From: Chrysomallon squamiferum
Taxonomy: Eukaryota > Animalia > Mollusca
Direction of reading: 5' to 3'
NCBI GenBank assembly: GCA_012295275.1
Contig: CM022675.1
Coordinates: 12,710,001-12,774,000, forward strand
DNA: 64,000 bases
Shown here: positions 53,525 to 64,000 of the stretch, in pieces
Layout of the letters: every line of letters begins with the position of its first letter
Position numbering within the stretch: position 1 is the stretch's first letter
Translations under genes and position numbers: made by a program
Notes under the pieces: model-generated
What the model was told of the DNA's origin: nothing
The model's input: the letters and a program-made list of their open reading frames with translations, nothing else
Databases searched by the model: none

Positions 53525-53947
53525 GATAATAAATTTTAAATATTTCAGAAATATTTTTAGCTCTGGAGAAGAAAAAAACACGGCTTTACCTACTTTTGTA
53601 AATAATTACAGTATAATACATATATCATATACAGAATATATTACATTTATTTAATATAATACATATAAAATATACAGAATATATTACATTTATTTCCATA
53701 ATACGTACATAGGTGCATTTATAAATAATTACATAAGGGAGGTTACTCTGACAATTTATTCAGAATAGTATCCCTAACTCGATAGCGTTTCTTGTTTATT
53801 ATTTACGAACATAAGCAGAACCTGTCACGAACGTTAACGGAAATTAACGAAGCGAGTGCATTTTTCAGTACTTGTTCTCGATACTGCTGAAATAGTATTA
53901 AAGTAACAAAACGTGATGTGTTTTTGTGTGTTTGTGTGTGTGCATAC

Positions 53948-54035
<88 letters not shown>

Positions 54036-54258
54036 TATCTAAAATAGAAAATAACACTATAAGTTTACATTATTACAACAACAAATAATAATAGTAAAAT
54101 ATTTCAGTAAATTATAATTTTTTTTAATATATCCCTCTGACATTTATGATACGTTCATATTTTTGGTCTACTAAGCTAAAATATTCGTTTTACTAAAATA
54201 TTCGTTTTACTAATAGATTCGTTAAAATATTCGTTTTACTGTTACAACAGTTACTGAG

Positions 54259-55602
54259 TCACACACAAGTTTCTATTTCTGTCGTTAACGAGGGGTAGGT
54301 AAGCTGGTTGTCAACAAACACGCTGCATTTTTGTAACGGCAACTTCGTGTTCACGTCGTCCGCGTTTTTACAGTCGTGTGTCTGCTCTGTGCATGTCATG
54401 TTCGTTCTGTTTTCATTTCGTGCTTGTGGAAACCGAGACTTTTTCTGGGCTGTTGCAAATTCTGGATTGTCCAGATTTGGCGTCTTAATTACAGCATTAG
54501 TATTTCCCGCGTGCAACGCAGTAATACCAGTGTGACGTAATGCTGGAAACTGTATATCACTGTCTTGCTGTTTCGACGTCATAACAGCTGCATGTCGCGG
54601 AGTTATCACTGACGTGTCCGGCTCCTTTTGGCATGACGTCACAACAGTCGGGTGCCATGGTGATGACGTCAAAGTGTCTCGGTCATTTTGGTATGACGTC
54701 GTAACAGTCGGAGGATGCCGTAATGTTGAAACTAATTTGTCTATTTCGTCATGGACTGACGTCACAAAATCAGAATTCTGCAGTGGTGAACCTAACGTGT
54801 GTGATACATTCGACCCAGGAACGTCTGAGTATTCCCCGCCCACTTCAACCACACCCAGCTGTTCGTTGTTTACGTCCAAAGCAAACCATTTGTCTTTGCT
54901 CTGCTCTGGCTGTACTGTTTGGTTTGTGTTTGAGTTTTCTGTGTTGTACCCTGAATCTACCCTGTCAGTCCGAGATACACTTGACCTAGAACTGTCTATG
55001 ACAGATACATCGTCAGATCTAGAACTGTCTATGAAAGATACATTTGACTTTGGACTATTAGTGAGAGATTCATCTGACCTAGCACTGTCTGTCAGAAAGG
55101 AATTTAACGCAGCACACTCCACATCCGAACCCTTGCACTCTAAACTGCATCTACGTCTACCTGAGTCTAACAAATTTGATTCTATACTGTAAACGTCTTT
55201 ATCCATCAAAAATTTCAGTTCAGATTTTGGCCAAACCAGGTCATTATTATCTGCTGGACTTTCAATCTTCCCAGCAGTACCGTTTATATAAAGTCCCGGC
55301 TTTAAGTCCACGTTGCCAGGCTCCAGCATTCCAGATGACTCCGATGTCGTTTCGGTGTCGACGTACGTGGTCGTGTTGACGTTGCCAGGAATTGCCCACG
55401 GCTGGGGCAAGCCGCTGCCGAAGAGAAGAAAGACGAAAGCTCCCAAGAATTCTATAGCAGTGACGCTGTAAAATACTACAGTCCACTCTTCCCGTGTTCC
55501 CTGCAAGCAACACAAAGAGATTTCTGTTTTTAATCAGTGACATACAATGCATGGAAAGAAGTACAATATTTAATAAAACAATAAAACATACACATTCCAT
55601 CA

Positions 55603-55692
<90 letters not shown>

Positions 55693-56188
55693 CCCTATCT
55701 ACATCTCTTTTTCTCTCTCTCTAGTCTTTTCTAGTAACATGTTTTTACAAAATCACGTTTAAGAGCTATTTTTTTTTATATAAGAAATTGTTAGCATATC
55801 GTTAATCAAAAATTAATTATCATTTTTTGTTTGTTCGAACGACTTCGACAACAACAACGGCAGCAACAAAGCAGTACCCTTTTTGTTAACAGAGCAACGA
55901 CGTAAGGGGCGATAATTCCCGGAACGGTTGCCATGGTGTTGGATACTCCGGCAAGAGTGCCGGCGTGGACGACAGCAATGTCGGAGAAGTTGGTGATGTG
56001 GCCGCTGAAACAGAAGCCGAATGACGCCACAGCGCCACACAGCAGAGCGACACCTAGCGCCTGTTGACTGGAGTCGAGTTGGGCCAGAGCAAGCATGAAC
56101 AGACCGGGTAGCGTCATTCCTGCAAATCAACGTCATAGACTTTAAATACAACGATATGACGTCATTATTATTGCTGCTATTATTGTTG

Positions 56189-56233
<45 letters not shown>

Positions 56234-57054
56234 CATTATCATTACTACTACTACTACTACTATGATACTACTTCTAATAGTACTACTACTGTAATTATTA
56301 TTATTATTACTGTATAAAACATTTATATACACTCGCACACGGCAGACATTTCAGAAACGTTAGAAAGTTCTGAAAACAAACAGTAACAAAGAATCAAAAG
56401 ATATTCTGTGACTGTATTTACAATAAAAATAAATAAAATTTACCGATGGTGTTCATCAGTTTCCTGGCACTCGCCACACTCAGGAATTTTCTGCTTATAA
56501 GCAAGTCAGAGAAGGTGCTGGCCACGTTTATCATGATAAAGAGACCTACGTAGGGCAACATGGAATAAAAACCATTCTGAAATAAACACGAACATTTTTG
56601 TCAGTTAACACGATTATGTATATATAACAGATATTAAATAATAATAATTTATGCAGCATGATCTACCACAGAATGTAATTTAATTTCATGACCTTCTCAT
56701 TAGCAGTAAAAAAATTTTACATCTGAAATGATTTTGGAAGTCTAGATATCAACGCCATTACGTGTTGGGAGCTATCTTCTTTGTAAGATCATTATCATGG
56801 ACGTATATATCTTTACCGATAATAAAGTTTTCGACCACTCACTGCACTAATATCAAAATCCATGACTTCCTTCATGTACGTGGGTATCTGTGTAAGCATC
56901 ATGTAGTTGAAGAAATTTGCAGTGAAGTGTACAAACATCAGAGCAACACAAGGTCGTGACGTCAGCAGCTGTAACCACGGCGTCGTTTGACTCTGCAGCA
57001 GTAATAGAACAGAGGCACGTGTAGTGAAAAAGCAATAAAATAAAGTAATAAAAT

Positions 57055-57142
<88 letters not shown>

Positions 57143-57396
57143 GATTCGCCTAATGCAAGGTAATAACCAAATGTCACGTGATACCTTTCGTGACGTTGCT
57201 CTCGAGCTCAGCACAAATTCAAGATATTTTTTTTCTTTTTCGGTGATTCCAGGAACATTCTTTGGCGTGTCTCGCACCAGCAGAATCCATGCAATCAACC
57301 AGAGTAAACCAGCTGCGCCTTTGTAACAGAAAAATAACAGTTACTGAAAACACACACACACTGTCTATATCTATCTATATGTATGTGTCTGGGTGT

Positions 57397-57461
<65 letters not shown>

Positions 57462-57776
57462 GTTTATTCATTTCATTTCTTGAGATGAAGGAACGATAAA
57501 TTAAGAGTTTCTTTATTAGTTTGTTTTTTGTTTCGGTTATGTTAAATACGGCAGACGTACCTGTGACGTAGAAGATTGAGGGCCACCCTCCGTCAGGTCC
57601 GTACTTGCACAGAACGCCCCCTATCGGAAACGAGACGGCACTCCCTACTTCACCTCCTGCCAAACAGTCATATTATTACCATCATACATCTTAAAAATCT
57701 GTTATTATCATTATTGTTATCATTGTTGTTGTTATTGTTGTTGTTGTTGTTGTTGTTATTATTATTATTGTTACTG

Positions 57777-57820
<44 letters not shown>

Positions 57821-58017
57821 GGTGGTGTTGTTTTTGTTAGTTATTACTACTACTGCTACTAGTACAACTACTACTACTACTACTACTACTAGTATCACTA
57901 TTGTTATTACTTTGTTAGTGGTTGTAATAGTTGCAGCTATAGCAGAAGCGATAGCAGTTTAACTACTGTACTTTTAGAACTGCTGTTATTTATTTATTTA
58001 CTTATTTTTACTTATTT

Positions 58018-58052
<35 letters not shown>

Positions 58053-58602
58053 TTTTATTTTATTTTATTTTATTTTATTTTATTTATTACTTATATTATT
58101 TATTGTAATATTTTGGTTTTATTTTTTATTTTCTCTTTTAATTACCTGCTAAGGTGATTCCGAGCATGCGCATCCACTCATCAGGGGGAGACCACTTCGC
58201 CCAGAAAATAGGTATAGACGGAAAGACAACAGACTGGAAAACACGTTTTGTTACTGACATTAATACACCAAGCATCTGCAGGTTCGTATTACACTAATTA
58301 CAAGAAAGGGGAAACACTCACTAATTCTACTAGTTTATCATCGATTAGAGGTAAAGAAGGTCTTGTATGTACCTTCCCTTAGACAGGAAAACGGATAAGG
58401 CAGCCTATGATAGATCAGTTGTTGGGTATTGAACGAAGGACAGTAAGTATGGCAGGATGATCAAACGATCATTGTACGCCAGCACTGAATGCTGAGTGCT
58501 ATTTCGTTATTTAACGAAAATGTCAAATGCTTCATTTTGTTCTAAAAAAAACTTATCACATGTGTGAATGTAGTATTATGTTTGAGACAGTATAAATAAT
58601 TT

Positions 58603-58652
<50 letters not shown>

Positions 58653-59638
58653 TGTGTGTGTTTGTGTGTGTGTGTGTAATGCCCTCCTTTTTTTTAATTT
58701 CATTGAATTTTTGAGTTTTGGTATTATTGTTGTTGTTGCTGCTGCTGTCGTCGTCGTTGTTGTTATTATGCCTATTATTACTGTTATTTTTTGTTATTAT
58801 TATTATTATTATTATTTTATTAACAATTTTTTTCTTGTTGCTTGTTTACTTTTGTTTTACTTTTTTGTTTCAGTGTTACAGTTGAACATTTATCGGAGAA
58901 ATATATGACCTACAAAATAACCATGGTAACCAAAATTCACCTAGCTCATACAATTTTAACTGATCAATACACGTGCATGTGAGTCACTTTGTAGAACTCT
59001 CTACTAAACAAACAAACAAACAAACAACTAAGCAAATAAACAAATAAACATATAAATGAAAGAATGAGTGAATAAGTAAGTAAGTAAATAAAACTTTAAG
59101 AAGAAAACTAATGTAGTTGCTGCACATGTTAAATAAATATCAGTTAAAACAGGAAATTATTTCTACGTATTTGATACGACTCTCAATATACGTGTCTGTC
59201 TGTCTGTCTATCTGTCTGTCTGTCTAGTATGTATTTATGTATGTATGTCTGACTGAGTGTCTGTCTGTCTGTCTAGTATGTATGTATATTTGTATGTCTG
59301 ACTGACTGACTGTCTGTCTGTGTGTCTGTTCACACACACTGTTACTTACGGACGCCGCTCCGAGGATGATACGAACAGTCAGCAGAAAGTAAGGACTTGC
59401 TCGTGCAGCTAGTGGCGAGGCGAGGGTTCCCAGAATAACGGGCGTCATGGCCACGCCTATGATCAGTTTAGTCCCATATCTCTCACACAGCCAGCCCCCG
59501 GGGATCTGCAGCAGGATGTACCCCCAGTACGCGCCTCCTAGAATAATTCCTTGTAGCTGTTTGTCCCAGAAGAATTCTCCAGCCAGGAAAACAAAAAACA
59601 CAAAAATAAAATCGAATTTATTTATTTATGATTAAAAA

Positions 59639-59687
<49 letters not shown>

Positions 59688-60207
59688 TAATTAATAAGGT
59701 ATTAAAGAAAAATGGGTGAATACCTCGTTTGAGCAGTTCTGTGCAGTGACGTCATTCGATTGATACGTAATAAGCTCAGATACGTCATGACTCGCGGAAG
59801 CTGTCGTTGACTCGCGCTGGGATGTTGAAAGGTGGCTGACGATTGGCTGCAGAATCGACGTGTTCGATGCGTTGTGGATGACCGCTGGCGAGATGTCAAA
59901 GCGAGGCCGCTTGACCATGCAGACGATAGCAATTCCTAAATTGACGCGCAGCAGATTGTGGAAGAAGACGGCAGACGACATCATGAACAACATGAGGTAT
60001 CGCTTCGACTTCCACCATCGCACTGAAACGAGCAAGTGTTCATGTTAAAACCATCCGAGCGTTTTATTTTCACTTCTTTTCTTTTGTAATGTTTGTTTAG
60101 GCTTTCCTTTTCTTTTCTGTTTATATTTTATTTTACTTTTTTATTATTATTATTCTTATAATCTTTTCTCACTTTTCTTTTTTTTTTTTTTTTTTTTTTT
60201 TTTTCTT

Positions 60208-60242
<35 letters not shown>

Positions 60243-60624
60243 GATTGATTTTGTTTTTAACATTTTTAATCTTTTCTTTTATGGGTATTGTTGTTTTTTT
60301 TTTTTCTTTTTCCTTTTTTTTTCTTTTTCTTTCTTTCTTTCTTTCTTTATTTTTTTCAAGCAATTCCAGGAAATGATGACGCAATAAACTCACAAAAGAT
60401 GATTATAAAAATGAAAACTAATACTATTATCAAGCTATGCTTTGAACATCACCATTCATTCAGGGTTAGTGCGGGTGTTACAATAATGAACATACCGGTA
60501 ACAATTTCAGATGTCGATTGTCAGTCAACGCTCCTGTATAAAAATATTAAAAGTGAAGCTTTTATTCGTAGAATTAAAAAGCGACTGTTACGTATTCTTT
60601 TAAGCTTGCAGAACATTTAGGTAC

Positions 60625-60678
<54 letters not shown>

Positions 60679-61502
60679 TCTGTTTATTTATTTATTTTAT
60701 TTTATTTTATTTTTATTGTTTTATATAGTAATGTTGTTTTTTTATTTTTATTATTATTTCTTGTTATTGTTATTACTATTGTTTTTGTATTGTTGTTGTT
60801 ATCGTTATTATTATTATCATCATCATCATTATTGCTAGTATTATCATCAACATCATCATCTTTATTATTAATTTTTTTATCATGAAAAATCACCATTATT
60901 TATTTATTTATTATAAAATTGTTCGTTTATTTTATTTTACGACTCTCAGTCTCAAAGAAGTGTTACTCTTATCTCAGAAACTAGATCAACTGTTATGAAA
61001 CAAACATAATACTAACACATATACGACTAATATTCCATATGCGTTTACATTAGAAAGCGAAAAAAAAAAAAATAATAATAATAATAAAATAAATAAACTA
61101 AACCGCGATGGATGAACCAAATCAATATCCTACATATATATACACATATATATATGTCTTACACAGTTTTGAAACATACCTAAAATAAACACACAACAGT
61201 CTGCTTCAAAATAAATGAATGAATATCTTTATCCATTCATTTTTACTTTCTTTCATTCATTCAGACCCAGTTTAATCCATCTTTCAGTTGTTGTTGTTCT
61301 TTTTCTTTTTTTTTTTTTTCACAACCTTCTGTTTAATGATGTATTCAGTTATATCGCGCTCCATGCATCATACCTTGTCCTCTTTAGACTTAGAAAATAT
61401 TTAAAAGAATAAAGAAAATATGCGGGTTTGTGGTGTTTATCACTCACCATCAATGTTCCAGTTTGCTTCATCTCTAATAATTTTCTTGCTTGAAGACGCC
61501 AT
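54259..61502 (-). CDS. SLC17-family (sialin / Na-dependent phosphate cotransporter-like) MFS anion transporter with a long C-terminal extension, ~890 aa
   Basis: Exons 61502-61448, 60022-59724, 59583-59350 (non-canonical acceptor, see findings), 58233-58146, 57656-57561, 57318-57185, 56992-56843, 56576-56444, 56119-55878 and 55500-54259. Motifs: RVNLGIAIVCMV, GEFFWDKQLQGIILGGAYWGYILLQIPGGWL, WAKWSPPDE, GWPSIFYVTG, LTQIPTYMKEVMDF, ARKLMNTIG, GVSNTMATVPGIIAPYVV, EEWTVVF, GSGLPQPWA. Confidence 0.88.
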
Positions 61503-61523
61503 CGGTCGGTCACTATAAATCAA

Positions 61524-61690
61524 GAATAATAACTGCTCCCTTAAGACGAGAGCGTTAGTAAAAGCAGCTCCCTTAAAATAGGAAAACGTTGGTAATAACT
61601 GCTCCCTTAAAAAAAAAAATAACGTTGGTAAAAGCTGCACCCTTGGGTCAGCAGAGCGAGAATAATTGCAGCACCCTTAAAATAAACTGC
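61524..61690. repeat. Five degenerate ~33-bp repeats just upstream of the SLC17 start-codon exon
   Basis: Core AAWAxCWGCWCCCTTAA at ~61527, 61560, 61594, 61630 and 61664, with variable linkers that mostly end in CGTT(A/G)GT. Confidence 0.7.
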
Positions 61691-62788
61691 TGAAAAAAAA
61701 TAACACTGAAACAGAAAAACACGTTCCTTGAAACTGAAAGAAAAACTTTGGCTTCAAAGGTTACGTTTGTTTTGAAAGGATAGAATAACTGTACTGAGTA
61801 CAAGGTCCGTTCTGACTGCAGAATCTTGTGAAGGTATGTCCATCAATCTAGGTGAAACAGTTAACATAGAGAGAGTTGTGTTTGATAAAGGACGGGTTTT
61901 ATACTTCAGTAAGTCGCTTTATGATTTGGCATAGGCTATTTGGTATAGTGATAGGTATACATGTCTCTGTGTCATTTGTGTGTGTGTGTGTCTGCTTGTC
62001 GTTAGGTGTGTTTGTTTGTGGGTGAGTGTGTCTGTGTGGCAAGTAAGTTTATTAATGTATCGTGGTCAGAATGCCGTAGGACTCCTGTGACTGGAACTTT
62101 TGTCTGACTCCACTGACTTTCTTATGACATATATTTTACGTTTTTGTTTTAATAACCTGTGCTGTTAAACTTTTTGTTCAATTGTTGTTCTTGTTAACCT
62201 ACCACCATCCACTCCAAAATTATACAACATAACATTTCAGATAGACAGATGGACAGACAGAGAAAGAAATTTGTTTAATGTGTCGTTTTTCTTTTTGTGT
62301 TTTCTGTAAATAACTTAAAGAAATTTGCACAGAAAACCTGTAATGTAAGGCGTATTCTGTACTGGTATTCTGTACTGGTATTCTGAACTCACTAGGTAAA
62401 TGAGTCGGGAACTGTACTCACAATATTATAATCATCACTAATTTTATTTATGTTGACCAATTGAAAAGTGAGCAGTGTGTTTATGCTACATATATCATTA
62501 TTTCATAATAAATTGTATTACCATATGAAACAAAATTTCGTTTATGAAAATACCATTTATAGGCGTCTCAGCTACATTCAAGAACGGATGGGAGAGAGTT
62601 AAGTATGTCTCAACGATTTTATTTTAGTCATTTAATTTATTTATTGTTATTATTTTGTTAAGTGGAGCGAATACTTTAATTTTGTCTTTGTAATCAAACT
62701 GCTACGTGATCTGTCGATACTACACTCGTTATTTATTCACATTCCCTTTCTGTGCGATCGATAGGAATACTAAGCGAAAATAATTATG

Positions 62789-62796
<8 letters not shown>

Positions 62797-62821
<25 letters not shown>

Positions 62822-62831
62822 AAAACACAAA

Positions 62832-62869
<38 letters not shown>

Positions 62870-63270
62870 AACAACACACACACAAACAACACACACACAC
62901 AAACACAACACAGAGAGCGAGAAAGAGAGACATTACACATAGACATTACACATATATACACACATATGCATTCATACAAACAAATGTATACATACATATC
63001 TACACACACATACATACACACACATACACACACATACACACAAACACACATACATACAAACATACATACATACGTACACAAACACACATACACATACGTA
63101 TACATACACACATAGATATACACATACGTACGCACACACGTACATACAAACACACATACATACGTACACACATACATATACACATACGTTCACATACGTA
63201 TATACAAACACATATACATACGTACACACATAAATCACACATACGTAAACACATACGTACACACATACAC
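62797..63270. repeat. Compound (CA)n/(ACAT)n low-complexity repeat
   Basis: Directly visible. It accounts for the His/Thr-rich and Cys/Val-rich pseudo-ORFs in the track. Confidence 0.9.
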
Positions 63271-63705
63271 AGACAGACGGCTGTGAAAAGACGGAGACAT
63301 TGCTGTTTGACTGAGAAGATATTGATTGGGTTTGTTTCACTTGAAAGTTACACCAGCTCGCTAAACAACCGCAGCTGGCTTCACGTTCGTCTGAACCTCG
63401 AGTTTCGTGTTCTATTGACCGATTCACGACTTAGAACAGTTTACATGCAAGCTACGACCCGCAAAGACACCTGGCAGATAATTAAGATAATAAATATCTA
63501 TCTGATTCAAGTTTAAATTCATTTTTTCTTCAAAACTATTCACCATTAATAAGGATGAAAATAGTATATATGCAACTTCAGCGCGCACTCAGATACACAC
63601 AGATACGTATATATATGAGCACACTATAAAAAACCTCAACAGATATAAACATAAAAAAGAACCTCATATGTACATACAAATTCACATACTGACAAAAAAG
63701 GCACT

Positions 63706-63755
<50 letters not shown>

Positions 63756-64000
63756 CAGTAACAAAATAAAAAATAAAAAAATATATTAAAAAACCACATA
63801 TATACACATATCTAAAAACACAAACAATTTACAAATACACACACACACACACACACACAATGAAAAAAAAAGGATCTATAATAGAACTGCTGTGTCATTC
63901 ACTAAGTTTTTATCCCGCATTTCAACATCATGATTATGACTCGTGTAATGAAATTACCTTAATAATGACAGCAATATTATTAACAGTAACAACAACAACA

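Noticed and set aside
61524-61690. CRISPR-like appearance (repeat plus variable spacer)
   Set aside because: The repeats are short and degenerate, the linkers are related to each other, the context is a eukaryotic intron, and there are no cas genes.
62752-63516. 254-aa His/Thr-rich ORF
   Set aside because: Mostly (CA)/(ACAT) repeat translation. The unique 3' part shows no recognisable protein motif.

Overview
AT-rich, microsatellite-dense eukaryotic genomic DNA with compact spliceosomal genes. It is most likely a mollusc, judging by the shell-matrix-type EGF-EGF-ZP gene. The repeat landscape resembles octopod cephalopods, but that is an inference. Most entries in the ORF track are microsatellite artefacts. 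Manual exon splicing supports nine genes: (1) the 3' part of a mosaic extracellular gene (WSC / fibrinogen-N-like / C-type lectin / F5-8C / 4x sushi / PAN; +), (2) SEC61G (-), head-to-head with (3) NIFK (+), (4) MDH1B (+), (5) ENPP6-like copy A (+), (6) an EGF-EGF-ZP-TM protein (-), (7) a 119-aa uncharacterised Cys-rich/Lys-rich protein (-), (8) ENPP6-like copy B (-), and (9) an SLC17/sialin-like transporter with a very long repeat-bearing tail (-). There is also a decayed Sola2-like transposase relic and several minisatellites. The most notable observations are an apparent gene-conversion tract and a shared GC-AG intron in the inverted ENPP6-like pair, the small Cys/Lys protein with an RFX-like promoter motif, a TG in place of AG at an SLC17 acceptor, and a possible extracellular-matrix/phosphate gene neighbourhood. 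No tRNA, rRNA or CRISPR array could be supported.
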